In this document: positions 1-9,493 of the stretch, piece after piece
Layout of the letters: every line of letters starts with the position of its first letter
How positions within the stretch are numbered: the stretch's first letter is position 1
NCBI GenBank assembly: GCA_944350285.1
Contig: CALVOL010000001.1
Location: forward strand, 1 to 49,421
Direction: 5' to 3'
DNA: 49,421 nt
DNA from: an uncultured Bacilli bacterium
GTDB taxonomy: Bacteria; Bacillota_I; Bacilli_A; RF39; UBA660
Program-made: the position numbers and the translations under genes
Notes under the pieces: model-generated
Database searches by the model: none
What the model was told of the DNA's origin: nothing
Seen by the model: only the letters and a program-made list of their open reading frames with translations

Positions 1-230
1 ACTTTTTGAATTTCTTTTTTCGCATTCGGTCTATATTCCTCAATACTAATAGCATGTTTTTGATAAACAGAATCCCAGTGATCTTCTAAAATTTGAGCAA
101 TCAAACCAGTTTTTTTACGGGAATTATAATTAGGGTTTATTTTTCCATTTTCCAAAAACATGTTTTCATTATATTCATGATTTAAAAAACAATCTTTAAA
201 TGTTTCTAAGGAAATTGATTCTTTCTTCAT
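1..230 (-). CDS. partial CDS (first 76 codons, runs off the left edge); possible IS91-type transposase N-terminus
   Basis: The ATG at 228-230 (minus) opens MKKESISLETFKDCFLNHEYNENMFLENGKINPNYNSRKKTGLIAQILEDHWDSVYQKHAISIEEYRPNAKKEIQK, with no stop before position 1. The ILEDHW..YQKH...RPN.KKEI.K pattern resembles the region preceding the zinc-binding domain of IS91-type transposases. It is absent from the supplied track because it is open-ended. Identified by eye only. Confidence 0.3.
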   Translation of the reverse strand, partial: MKKESISLETFKDCFLNHEYNENMFLENGKINPNYNSRKKTGLIAQILEDHWDSVYQKHAISIEEYRPNAKKEIQK

Positions 231-257
231 ATTCTATCACTAATAATAGGATACCAC

Positions 258-283
258 AAAAAAAGGAATTCCGTTAGGAATTC
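258..283 (-). terminator. rho-independent terminator downstream of the pfl / rnfCD-like gene string
   Basis: The minus-strand RNA forms GAAUUCC-UAAC-GGAAUUC (266-283) followed by U7 (the A-run at 258-264 on the plus strand), about 60 nt after the stop at 345. A second AT-rich hairpin (ATGAAAAATG/CATTTTTCAT, 286-310) lies beside it. Confidence 0.55.
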
Positions 284-344
284 TCATGAAAAATGAGCAT
301 CATTTTTCATTTTTCTTGTTATATTTTTATGTTACAAAAAAGCC

Positions 345-1256
345 CTAGTCTTTTTGTTTTACTAGGGTTTTTTGATAATATAATTTTTGAAAGCTTAAAG
401 CAAGCGTCCAAAGAATTTGAGCAAATAACAAAACAATATAAATACCATCAGAAAAATCGAAAAAAGCATTGAGTAAAAAACTTCCGATTCCAACAAATAA
501 TCCAAAGATAAGCAAATATTTTGATTCCGCTGGGGAATGATTTTTCATAGGAGCAAGTACGATAGAGGCAAAAAAGATATGACTATTTAATAAAGTAAGC
601 AATAAATTCTCATGAGTAACAAATAAAACATACGCCGTTTCTAGCAACAAGAAACTTCCTAAAATATATACTGGCAATTCTCTTTTATAATAATAATCAC
701 TACAAAATGCAACATAACAAACGAGAATTAAAAAAATACTAGTCGTCCCATAAGCCCCGACACCACGACCAAAAAAAGCATCTGTAATTCCGTATAAATA
801 CGGATAACTAGTTTCGATCACATTTTGATAATCGATAAAAAAAACAAATTTACTCAAAACCATAGACAATACTTTCATAAAACATAACAACGAAATAGTA
901 GAAAGTTTTTTTTGCCAAAGATTTTTAAGTCCAAAATAAAGAATTACTAAGACTATAAAACACCAAATAGGAAATCTAACTGGCATAAATAAAGCAAGCA
1001 GAACTCCTTCAATCGCATATTCCAAAGAAAACTGTAATTTCTTACTAAGAATCACACCATAGAAAAATGCTCCAAGTAACCCGATAAACGGAAATAATAA
1101 AAATTTCATCGCATCCACAAAAGACAGCAATCCTTGAAAATAATAAGTAAAGCCATTCTTATAAGCTCCATAAAACGCGAGCACAAGGAATGATCCAAAA
1201 ATAGCCCATTGTATTTTCTTTGTATTCTGTTCAAAATAGACAAAAACCTTACTCAT
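345..1256 (-). CDS. polytopic membrane protein, RnfD/NqrB-like (degenerate)
   Basis: It is 303 aa and highly hydrophobic, with an 8-nt overlap with the RnfC-like gene upstream. FFGRGVGAYGTTS and APMKNHSPAE resemble the G..GsiGEtS and ATDxxTSP regions of RnfD/NqrB. No S/TGAT flavinylation motif is visible. Confidence 0.45.
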   Translation of the reverse strand: MSKVFVYFEQNTKKIQWAIFGSFLVLAFYGAYKNGFTYYFQGLLSFVDAMKFLLFPFIGLLGAFFYGVILSKKLQFSLEYAIEGVLLALFMPVRFPIWCFIVLVILYFGLKNLWQKKLSTISLLCFMKVLSMVLSKFVFFIDYQNVIETSYPYLYGITDAFFGRGVGAYGTTSIFLILVCYVAFCSDYYYKRELPVYILGSFLLLETAYVLFVTHENLLLTLLNSHIFFASIVLAPMKNHSPAESKYLLIFGLFVGIGSFLLNAFFDFSDGIYIVLLFAQILWTLALSFQKLYYQKTLVKQKD

Positions 1257-2400
1257 GTTTACCTCCTATATACTTATAAAGAGGAATATGACTTGGGCAA
1301 ATAAAACTGCATAAACCACATTCTAAGCATTGCTCATCACACCGTTTTCCTTGAGACAAATAAGCAAGATAAGGCTTACAACGAACAGGACATACCTCAT
1401 TGCATTTTCCACAATGGATGCAGGCACTTTCATGAGTCACCTTTTTCACCATAAAATAAACAACTCGAATGTCTTCCGTAATAATAATATCTTGAATGTT
1501 GCTTACCGTACCCTTTAAAAGCCCATTAACAATCACTTGATAATCTTGACTTTTAAAATTCATCGTAGCCGAAACCACTTCTTGTAAAGGTGTTCCAATC
1601 TTTACTCGCACTACTTTTGGAGTCGTAACAGCATCTCCTGTTAAAGTAATTAATACAGCATCTTTTCTTCGTTCTTTTACAATTTCACGGTACAAATCAA
1701 ATACTTCTTCAGAAGATAAGACGACAGACTCATCATTAACTGGAAGATAACGACTTAATATCTCTCTTTCCTCAATAGGATAAACATCTGGTAATATTTT
1801 AAGTGACATATTAGGATAAGTCCCAATAAAAGCTTCCACCGTCTCAATACTCTCACGATCATTTTCTTTAAAACACAACACAATTTCAGGAATCTTAAAA
1901 ACATCACCTAAAATATCTAACATCTGTAAGATTTCCCGAGCATAATACTTGTGCAAAAAAGTTTTATTTGCAACATAAGGCTCGTCTTCCATTCCATTCA
2001 ATATGATCTTTTCTTTTCTTCGAAATTTATACCACGAATAATCAGGATATTCTCGAACCTTCTTAACAAAATCTGTACTAATTTTGACAGTAGTAAACTC
2101 GGATATTCCTGCATAAGAATCGTTTTCCTGATAATCGTTTTTAATATTCAAATAGTATTGTTTTTTTCCCTCTTTATTTTTCTTTTCTTCTATTTTCAAT
2201 ACTTTTCCACTAACTGGGCTATAATACCCCTTTTTTTTATGTCGATAAAGAAGCTCTCCTTTCGTTACATTTTTGGAATGAATGAGCAACTTATCGGTTG
2301 GATCTATCGGCAAATAGATATGATCAGCAGCCAAATAATCATAAATCGTACTAGCCACTTTGATACTTGCGTCTTTACTAATTGTTAATAATTTTTTCAT
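1249..2400 (-). CDS. RnfC-like iron-sulfur protein (two 4Fe-4S motifs, no FMN/NADH glycine-rich motif)
   Basis: It is 383 aa. The N-terminal ...SPVSGKVLKIEE matches the RnfC barrel-sandwich region. IILNGMEDEPYVANK aligns with the RnfC liiNGaECEPY segment. The C-terminus carries CIHCGKCNEVCP and CLECGLCSFICP ferredoxin motifs. The GGAGFP motif expected upstream of the NG.E.EPY segment is absent. Confidence 0.6.
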   Translation of the reverse strand: MKKLLTISKDASIKVASTIYDYLAADHIYLPIDPTDKLLIHSKNVTKGELLYRHKKKGYYSPVSGKVLKIEEKKNKEGKKQYYLNIKNDYQENDSYAGISEFTTVKISTDFVKKVREYPDYSWYKFRRKEKIILNGMEDEPYVANKTFLHKYYAREILQMLDILGDVFKIPEIVLCFKENDRESIETVEAFIGTYPNMSLKILPDVYPIEEREILSRYLPVNDESVVLSSEEVFDLYREIVKERRKDAVLITLTGDAVTTPKVVRVKIGTPLQEVVSATMNFKSQDYQVIVNGLLKGTVSNIQDIIITEDIRVVYFMVKKVTHESACIHCGKCNEVCPVRCKPYLAYLSQGKRCDEQCLECGLCSFICPSHIPLYKYIGGKHE

Positions 2401-2442
2401 TTACATCACTAAAAATATTATACAAAAAAAAGGATCCTTTTA

Positions 2443-3159
2443 CTATCCTTTTTCATAATAACTTAAAAATTTTTGATAACATTTTTCGCTTTCTTCCGGT
2501 TTCATTTCCGGTGTATCTTTTAAAGGGTTTGGAATACCTAATTCTTCATATTTGGAAAATCCTAAATGATGGAATGGGAGAAATTCTATCTTTTCGACGT
2601 TTTTTATTCTTTTGATGTAGTGAGCAAGACTTTGTAAGTACTCATCGCTATCCATCATTCCCGGAACCATTACTTGACGTATCCAAACTGGTTTCCCACT
2701 TTGATTTAGTACTTCAATAAATTTTTCTGACTCTTCCAACGGATGTCCGGTAAGCGTCATGTAGCCTTCTTCGGTTGTATATTTTACATCAAAGAGTACT
2801 AAATCGACGAGGTCTAGAATTTCTTTGTAGCCCCCTACTCCAACACCACAGGTATCAAGCGCGATATGAATACCTTCTGCTTTTAATTTTTTGGAAATAT
2901 CTATTAGAAATTCTTTTTGAAGCAGAGGCTCACCACCTGAAAATGTTACTCCACCTTGATTTCTTTTAAAGTATGGTTTGTTGCGTAGTATCTTTTGGAG
3001 TAATTCTTCACTGGTCATGGTATTATTACCACACTTCCACATTTCTGGATTATGACAATATTTGCATCGTAATTGACATCCAGAGAAGAAGACGACAGTC
3101 CGAATACCTGGACCATCGACTAATCCGAATGTCTCAATCGAATCGATATAACCTTTCAT
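2443..3159 (-). CDS. pflA: pyruvate formate-lyase activating enzyme (radical SAM)
   Basis: It is 238 aa with an N-terminal GCQLRCKYCHNPE (CxxxCxxC) motif. It lies immediately downstream of pflB, and its start abuts the pflB stop. Confidence 0.9.
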   Translation of the reverse strand: MKGYIDSIETFGLVDGPGIRTVVFFSGCQLRCKYCHNPEMWKCGNNTMTSEELLQKILRNKPYFKRNQGGVTFSGGEPLLQKEFLIDISKKLKAEGIHIALDTCGVGVGGYKEILDLVDLVLFDVKYTTEEGYMTLTGHPLEESEKFIEVLNQSGKPVWIRQVMVPGMMDSDEYLQSLAHYIKRIKNVEKIEFLPFHHLGFSKYEELGIPNPLKDTPEMKPEESEKCYQKFLSYYEKG

Positions 3160-5387
3160 TACATCTTCTCATGGAACGTTCTTGCGATGACTTCTTCTTG
3201 TTGTTTCCGAGTAAGTCTGTTAAATCGAACGGCATATCCAGAAACACGAATAGTAAGAAGTGGGTATTTTAGAGGATGTTCCATGGCATCAATTAAAGTT
3301 TCACGGCTTAAGACATTGACATTTAAGTGATGCGCTCCTTGAACAAAATAACCTTCTAATAAAGATACTAAGTTATCAATTTGAGTTTGTTTATCGTGAC
3401 CTAATGAGGAAGGAACAATACTGAATGTATTAGAAATACCATCACGACAGCAATTTGTGTAATCTAATTTCGCTACAGAGTTTAGAGATGCAATTGCTCC
3501 TGAAGCATCTCTGCCATGCATAGGATTGGCTCCTGGGGCAAAGGCAACTCCTTTTTTTCTACCATCTGGTGTAGAACCTGTTTTTGTACCATACACGACA
3601 TTTGAAGTAATTGTAAGTACGGAAAGTGTAGGTACTGCATCACGATAGCATTTATGTTTTGATAATTCCGCATAGAATTTTTCTAGAACTTCTTTCGCTA
3701 AATCATCTACTCTATCATCATCGTTTCCATATTTCGGGAAGTCGCCTTCAATTTCAAAATCGATAGCAATTCCTTCTTCATTTCTTATTGGTTTTACTTT
3801 AGCGTATTTTATGGCAGATAAAGAGTCTGCAACCACGCTTAGTCCTGCTACTCCGTAAGCCATAAGTCTTCTAACAAAAGTATCGTGTAAAGCCATTTGA
3901 CCAGCTTCGTAAGCATACTTGTCATGCATGTAGTGAATTACATTCATGGCGTTACTATAAATTTCAGCTATACGTTCTAGCATTTTGAAGTATGTATCAT
4001 GTACTTTCTTGTAATCTAAAACTTCATCGGTCATTTTAGGGAAACCATCGATGACTAAATCGCCTTTCATTTCATCTACTCCACCATTAATAGAATACAG
4101 AAGGGCTTTGGCAAGGTTACAACGTGCCCCAAAGAACTGCATGTCTTTGCCTTCCCGCATCGCTGAAACACAACACGCAATTGCATAATCATCGCCATAA
4201 ATAGGACGCATTACATCATCATTTTCATATTGCAGCGAGTCTGTTTCTATCGATAGTTTAGCACAGTATTTTTTGAAATTTTCTGGTAAGTGTTCACTCC
4301 ATAATACCGTCATATTTGGTTCTGGTGCAGGGTCTAGGTTTGTAAGAGTATGTAAAATACGATAGGAAGTTTTAGTTACCATACTTTCGCCACTTTCGGT
4401 AATTCCTCCAATAGAACATGTTACCCATGTTGGGTCTCCTGAGAATAATTCATCATATTCTGGAGTTCTCAAGTGTCTTACTAAACGAAGTTTGATAACA
4501 AATTGGTCAATGATTTCTTGGATTTCACTTTCTGTAATTGTACCATTTTTTAAATCTCTTTCAAAATAGATATCGAAGAACGCATCTACGCGACCTAGGC
4601 TCATCGCTGCTCCATTATTTTCTTTGACACTTGCAAGGTAACCAAAGTAAGTCCATTGAACAGCTTCTTTGGCATTTTTAGCTGGTTTTGAAATATCAAA
4701 GCCATAAGATGCAGCCATCTTTTTCATCTCTTCTAAAGCACGATACTGCATAGAAACATCTTCTCTTAACTGGATTAAATCGTTTGTCATATCGCCATTT
4801 AGATTGTCCCAGTCTTTCTTTTTTTGCTCCATTAAGTAGTCAATACCATATAAAGCTATTCTTCTGTAGTCACCAATAATTCTGCCACGACCATATGCAT
4901 CTGGTAGCCCTGTTAAAAGTCCGACATGTCTTGCTTTTCTTACGCTTTCTGGGTAAGCATCAAAGACTCCTTGATTGTGAGTTTTACGAAATTCATTGAA
5001 GTATTTATCCACCGTAGGATTTAGTTTGTACCCATAAGCATCTAGTTCTTGGTAAACCATTCTGATACCACCATAAGGATTTACTATTCTTTTTAGTGGT
5101 GCATCTGTTTGAAGACCAACGATTACATCGTCATCATCACAGATATATCCAGGATTAAATGCATTAATTCCAGACATATGGTCTACATCTATATCTAATA
5201 CATGTTTTTCTAATTCTTCTTTTAATAAGTCATTTACTCTTGCTAAAACACGATTTGTTTTCTCTGTTGTGCCATTTAGAAATAACTCATCTTCGTCATA
5301 TTTTTGATAGTTTTTTAAAATGAAATCAGAGACATTAACTTCTTCTGTCCAAATTCCATCTTTAAAACCATTCCATTCTTCTTTCAT
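3159..5387 (-). CDS. pflB: formate C-acetyltransferase (pyruvate formate-lyase)
   Basis: It is 742 aa. It has adjacent catalytic cysteines in [10 protein letters not shown] and the C-terminal glycyl-radical motif [21 protein letters not shown] precedes the ATG. Confidence 0.95.
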   Translation of the reverse strand: MKEEWNGFKDGIWTEEVNVSDFILKNYQKYDEDELFLNGTTEKTNRVLARVNDLLKEELEKHVLDIDVDHMSGINAFNPGYICDDDDVIVGLQTDAPLKRIVNPYGGIRMVYQELDAYGYKLNPTVDKYFNEFRKTHNQGVFDAYPESVRKARHVGLLTGLPDAYGRGRIIGDYRRIALYGIDYLMEQKKKDWDNLNGDMTNDLIQLREDVSMQYRALEEMKKMAASYGFDISKPAKNAKEAVQWTYFGYLASVKENNGAAMSLGRVDAFFDIYFERDLKNGTITESEIQEIIDQFVIKLRLVRHLRTPEYDELFSGDPTWVTCSIGGITESGESMVTKTSYRILHTLTNLDPAPEPNMTVLWSEHLPENFKKYCAKLSIETDSLQYENDDVMRPIYGDDYAIACCVSAMREGKDMQFFGARCNLAKALLYSINGGVDEMKGDLVIDGFPKMTDEVLDYKKVHDTYFKMLERIAEIYSNAMNVIHYMHDKYAYEAGQMALHDTFVRRLMAYGVAGLSVVADSLSAIKYAKVKPIRNEEGIAIDFEIEGDFPKYGNDDDRVDDLAKEVLEKFYAELSKHKCYRDAVPTLSVLTITSNVVYGTKTGSTPDGRKKGVAFAPGANPMHGRDASGAIASLNSVAKLDYTNCCRDGISNTFSIVPSSLGHDKQTQIDNLVSLLEGYFVQGAHHLNVNVLSRETLIDAMEHPLKYPLLTIRVSGYAVRFNRLTRKQQEEVIARTFHEKM

Positions 5388-5476
5388 TTACATCAACTCC
5401 TCCATATTAGTATACCACAAACATTCTCCAATTAAGCGTGTTAGGTAACTATTTTACAGAAAAAAATAGTATCGTT

Positions 5477-5880
5477 TTAGAACTTATAGTTTTCTAAAAT
5501 AATACCATCTTCATCATAAATTGTAGCATTAACATTTTTCATATACAAAACCTGAAAATCAGGGTTATCTAAAGTATATCCTGCTTCTATTGCCCACGCA
5601 AATTCATCAATTGCAGCTTGTTTTGCTTTTATGTTATGACTATCATCAATTAATTCACAATAAATTCTGATCCAATTTTTGTTATCATAAGCTACGATGC
5701 AAACGTGATTATTTTTATAAATTTTTTTGACACATTTTTATTTTTATTGGTAATTACATATATTTTATCGTCATACATGATTGGATCTCCAAATGGTCTA
5801 CAACTAGGCATTCCGTCTTTTATTGTTGCCACAAAATTTACTTGTGTATTCTCCTTTAAAAATTTATACGTTTCCTTCAT
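5477..5880 (-). pseudogene. pyridoxamine 5'-phosphate oxidase-family (flavin-binding split-barrel) gene broken by a 1-nt deletion in a poly-A run
   Basis: The track ORF 5692..5880 (MKETYKFLKENTQVNFVATIKDGMPSCRPFGDP...NKNKNVSKK) stops at 5692. A different frame continues as KNNHVCIVAYDNKNWIRIYCELIDDSHNIKAKQAAIDEFAWAIEAGYTLDNPDFQVLYMKNVNATIYDEDGIILENYKF* down to 5477. Adding one A to the A7 run (T7 at 5722-5728 on the plus strand) joins both parts into a 134-aa protein. Confidence 0.65.
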
Positions 5881-6386
5881 TTCTTATATGTCCTTTCTAA
5901 TGTTAATTTTGGCTCCAAATCGAGAGACAATTGTTTGATGCAATCTTCAAAATTACCTCTAATAATAGTTGTTGACTCAGCAATCATTAAATTGATAGGA
6001 TGTCCGAAGTCTTCTACATTATAACCATTTTCATCCTTAGCTCCTATTTTTAAAATCATTTCTTGTAGATGATCCATATATCCGTATAATATCTTATTTT
6101 TAGCATACCCATAACCTAGTTCAAAAGCAGTTCCATCATCCATTGTTGCCCCACGAAAATCATTTAAATTAGCCACGATGATATCACATTGATTGATCAA
6201 AGAAACATTGCCTAAAAAGATTGCGTTAGAATGTTCTTCATCGTTATCTAGTGGATAAAATCCCAGAAATCCATACTCTGAACAGATTCTTTTATAATCC
6301 TCTCCAATTTGTTTTGCATCATCACAAAAAACATCAAAACCTGCTATATATATTTTCTTTTGAGTTTCATTCTTATTCATATTCAT
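5877..6386 (-). CDS. nucleoside 2-deoxyribosyltransferase family protein
   Basis: It is 169 aa. KIYIAGFDVF, CDIIVANL and DDGTAFELGYGYAKNK match the family signature (iYlAG..F ... cD.vvA.l ... DsGTa.E.GyA.A.gK). Confidence 0.7.
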   Translation of the reverse strand: MNMNKNETQKKIYIAGFDVFCDDAKQIGEDYKRICSEYGFLGFYPLDNDEEHSNAIFLGNVSLINQCDIIVANLNDFRGATMDDGTAFELGYGYAKNKILYGYMDHLQEMILKIGAKDENGYNVEDFGHPINLMIAESTTIIRGNFEDCIKQLSLDLEPKLTLERTYKK

Positions 6387-6409
6387 TCCTTCTTTCTAGA
6401 CATATTATA

Positions 6410-6991
6410 TCATTTTTCTTCTTTTTCTATAAAGTTTTTTATTGTTTCAATTGATTTAAATTCTATACTTGGAAGACCGCTTTCATTCGCTGCAACTACA
6501 TTTTTTAATTTATCATCGAAAAATATTGTTTCTTTTGGGTCTAAATGAAATCTTGTAAGTACTGTTTGATAAATGGTGTGCTCTGGCTTTTTTACATGTT
6601 CTTGGTAGGAATACACTCCGCCATCCACAAAATGGCTTAAATCTAGAACTTCATTTAAATAATTAAGACTATCTTCGGTAATATTAGAAAGTAAATACAG
6701 ATGATACCCTTTTTCTTTTAGTGATTTGATATATTCATAATTTTCTTTCATAAATGGCATAGATAAAGATAAATTTTGAAGTAAATATTTTATATCCAGA
6801 TAATCTTCATCGTCTTTTAATAATTCTAAATGCTCTTTTACACTCATATTTCCAATCAAACATTCCTTGAAATTTCCACCATAAGTTTTTTTATAAATCG
6901 TATCACAATTTTTATGTAGTAATTTTTCAACATTCGATTTACTATCATCGAACAAAATTCCGCCGATATCTAATACTATATTTTTTATCAT
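6410..6991 (-). CDS. HAD-superfamily hydrolase
   Basis: It is 193 aa. Motif I is IVLDIGGILFDD, where the second Asp of DxD is Gly. SN(I)T is motif II. The C-terminal FFDDKLKNVVAANESG is motif IV. Confidence 0.65.
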   Translation of the reverse strand: MIKNIVLDIGGILFDDSKSNVEKLLHKNCDTIYKKTYGGNFKECLIGNMSVKEHLELLKDDEDYLDIKYLLQNLSLSMPFMKENYEYIKSLKEKGYHLYLLSNITEDSLNYLNEVLDLSHFVDGGVYSYQEHVKKPEHTIYQTVLTRFHLDPKETIFFDDKLKNVVAANESGLPSIEFKSIETIKNFIEKEEK

Positions 6992-7006
6992 TTTCTAAAT
7001 GCCTTT

Positions 7007-8095
7007 CTATTTTGTTGTAATTTTACAATCAAACACTTCTAAGTTTCCTTTTAATGGGTTTCCTTTTTTAAAAATTGTATAACAAATCTCTCGTACTTCT
7101 TCTAAGGAACTTGTTATTTCTTTTAAGGGAATACTTAAACGTTTTATTTCTGGTGTCAAATTTACTTCTTTAACAATTTTATTATCATTAGAAAGTTTTA
7201 TTTCGATAGTGAGTTTTATATGTTCGGGACTGGAAAACTTCATTTCTAAACAGGTAGTTTCTCGATTATATTTTTCTAGATTTAAATACTGGTCATGAAA
7301 ATTATAGTAAAGCATAACAAAACTAGATTGGCTATCGTTTTTTTGGAATGCATAATGAACCTGCACTGAAGTATTTTTTTGAATCATTTGTATTTCTCCG
7401 TTATTAGCAACAGGCGAAAGGGTTTTACAACTTAATACTACAGGTTTTATAAAGTCACTGTACTCTAAATTTTCTCGAGAATTCTTTAAATTCTCTTTTG
7501 TAATTTCTTCGACTTTAATACTACTTTGTCCCGTTTTAGTATCCACAAAAGAAAACACGCAGTAAAGTTTTTTAGAGGAAGTTAAAAGATTATAAATTGC
7601 TTTGTACCAAAATGTTTCATTCAAGTTTAAAGTAATATTCCAAATAGACTTTTTTACTAATACAGGCATATAGTATTCTTTAGGTTCTTCTAGATTTTCT
7701 GTTGTTTTTTCATCATATAGTGTGAAAGTGACTTTCATATCACAAATAGTTCGTCCATTGTTTTGAAACTGCATTAGCAAGTAATCATTTTTATATAAAA
7801 TATCTTTCTTTAATTTTACATCATCTAATCGCCAAAACAGATTAATTGTTAGATAAGTAGTCATGAGCGCTAGAGAAACAATTCCTACCATAGCTAGAAT
7901 ATTTTGTACTGTTTCATTTTCTTCTAATGATCCGTATCCTACTGTATATAAAAAGTAAAGTCCGGTTTTCTGAAAAATCTCAGTTGGTGGCATCTCATGA
8001 GCAAAAACATTCCACAAACTAAATAAAAAACAAATCAGGAGCATTAACGCAATAAAAATAATTACTGTACTTAAAATTTTTTTAAACTTTGTCAT
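7007..8095 (-). CDS. 2-TM potassium-channel-like protein (TVGYG selectivity filter) with a ~270-aa uncharacterised C-terminal domain
   Basis: It is 362 aa. The layout is TM1 (ILSTVIIFIALMLLICFLFSLW), a pore-helix-like segment, YFLYTVGYGS (TVGYG encoded at 7931-7945), then TM2 (ILAMVGIVSLALMTTYLTINLF). The remainder is soluble and has no motif I recognise. Confidence 0.5.
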   Translation of the reverse strand: MTKFKKILSTVIIFIALMLLICFLFSLWNVFAHEMPPTEIFQKTGLYFLYTVGYGSLEENETVQNILAMVGIVSLALMTTYLTINLFWRLDDVKLKKDILYKNDYLLMQFQNNGRTICDMKVTFTLYDEKTTENLEEPKEYYMPVLVKKSIWNITLNLNETFWYKAIYNLLTSSKKLYCVFSFVDTKTGQSSIKVEEITKENLKNSRENLEYSDFIKPVVLSCKTLSPVANNGEIQMIQKNTSVQVHYAFQKNDSQSSFVMLYYNFHDQYLNLEKYNRETTCLEMKFSSPEHIKLTIEIKLSNDNKIVKEVNLTPEIKRLSIPLKEITSSLEEVREICYTIFKKGNPLKGNLEVFDCKITTK

Positions 8096-9311
8096 AGCTA
8101 TCTCTTTTCTTTCTATTTTTTAAAATACATACACATTCGATATGTTTGGTATAAGGAAACATATCATAAGCCGTTAATTTCTCTATCTTATATTTCTTTG
8201 TTAGTTCTTTTAAATCACGTACTAAAGTTTTGGGGTTACATGAAATGTAGATAATAGTTTCAAAGTCACGGCTCAGAAATACATCTCTTACTTTTTTATG
8301 AAGGCCACTTCTTGGTGGGTCAACAATTGCTTTGTTTGCTTTCACGGGTATTTTAACAATTAAGTCTTCGACTTTGCCAACATGGAATGATGTGTTCTCT
8401 ATTTGATTTAAAGAAGCATTGTAAATGGCGTTTAAGATAGCTTTTTGATTTGCTTCAATACCAATTACTTGTTTTGTCTTATGAGTGAGATGCAAACTAA
8501 AATAACCTACTCCACAGTAAAAATCATATACAATATCGTTTTTGTTAAAATAACTTGTAATATCTGTTTTTATTTTTTCTGAAATATCAGCATTTACTTG
8601 AAAAAAGCTTGTCCCGTCGACTTTGTAGAGAATGTGACCGAGTCTTTCAAAGAAATAAGGGCTATTATATACGCATTTGCCATTATAGATAATTCCAGCT
8701 ATTTTATGAGTTTCTACTAGTTTTTCTTCTATTTTTGGTTCGGTAGGAGACTCTATTAAAAGGAGGAGTTCTCCGTTTGTATTCACACGAATGGTAATAC
8801 TACCGTTTTCGATATGTAACATAGAGAAATCTTTTAAAAACTCTTGAATTTCTTTTCTTGCTAGCAAACAATTTTGAATTGGTAAAAATGTATGTGTTTT
8901 TTCTTCGTAATAGCCAACTCGTCCTTGTTCTATTTTTAAACTTACTTTGTTTCGATATCCTAATTCTTTAGGGCTTGGCACGATAGAAATATCTTTTATA
9001 TCTAATTTATTTTGGTTCACTAAATCTTGTAATATTTCTTTTTTAAAGTTTAGAGAATCCTCATAAGAAACTATATCAAATGTACACCCTCCACAAGATG
9101 CACTATAAGGGCAAAAGGATGCTCTTCTTTTGGGGTTTGGTTGAATGATATTGGTTAGTTGGTATTCATCAAAATGCTTCGATGAATGAATTAACTTAGC
9201 TTCTACTTCTTCCTCTTGTAAAGCCCCACGAATGAAAACTACTTTTTTGTTATCATAACTAAGCCCGCGACCATCATAATCTAATTTTTGTGTTTTAAAT
9301 TTCACTTTCAT
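8082..9311 (-). CDS. 23S rRNA (uracil-5-)-methyltransferase, RlmD/RlmCD (TrmA) family
   Basis: It has an N-terminal TRAM-like region and an Fe-S cysteine set (CPYSASCGGCTF). Its SAM-methyltransferase motifs are DFYCGVGYFS, VDPPRSGL, YISCNPKTLVRDL and DMFPYTKHIECV. The track starts at GTG 9314. The ATG at 9309-9311 (or GTG 9305) lies behind an AGGTG SD. Confidence 0.8.
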   Translation of the reverse strand: MKVKFKTQKLDYDGRGLSYDNKKVVFIRGALQEEEVEAKLIHSSKHFDEYQLTNIIQPNPKRRASFCPYSASCGGCTFDIVSYEDSLNFKKEILQDLVNQNKLDIKDISIVPSPKELGYRNKVSLKIEQGRVGYYEEKTHTFLPIQNCLLARKEIQEFLKDFSMLHIENGSITIRVNTNGELLLLIESPTEPKIEEKLVETHKIAGIIYNGKCVYNSPYFFERLGHILYKVDGTSFFQVNADISEKIKTDITSYFNKNDIVYDFYCGVGYFSLHLTHKTKQVIGIEANQKAILNAIYNASLNQIENTSFHVGKVEDLIVKIPVKANKAIVDPPRSGLHKKVRDVFLSRDFETIIYISCNPKTLVRDLKELTKKYKIEKLTAYDMFPYTKHIECVCILKNRKKRDSYDKV

Positions 9312-9347
9312 CACCTGTAATTTTATTATAGAACAAAAAGGAAATTT

Positions 9348-9449
9348 ATGAAAACAAAATTTTTATTCTTTCCTTTGAAATATCTATGTACTGTTTTCTT
9401 TTATTATTTTATTACACTTTCTTTTGAATTTTTTATACGTTTTAGTTAA
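9348..9449 (+). CDS. speculative 33-aa hydrophobic small ORF
   Basis: An AAAGGAAA SD (9337-9344) sits 3 nt before the ATG. The product is MKTKFLFFPLKYLCTVFFYYFITLSFEFFIRFS. It is fully antisense to the transcript expected from the consensus promoter at 9494-9522. Phe-rich ORFs arise easily by chance on a T-rich strand. Confidence 0.15.
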   Translation: MKTKFLFFPLKYLCTVFFYYFITLSFEFFIRFS

Positions 9450-9493
9450 CAAATTTTCCTTAATAAATCACTCTCCTTTCTTTAATTAATCAA

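Noticed and set aside
5409-5417. An extended -10 element, TGgTATACT, lies upstream of pflB.
   Set aside because: It ends only about 6 nt from the GGAGGAG SD (5397-5403). A transcript started from it would lack an intact ribosome-binding site, and no acceptable -35 is present.
5692-5880. The 62-aa track ORF was considered as a stand-alone small gene.
   Set aside because: It is the N-terminal half of a split-barrel flavoprotein. The C-terminal half continues in another frame down to 5477 after a poly-A frameshift. I annotated it as one disrupted gene.
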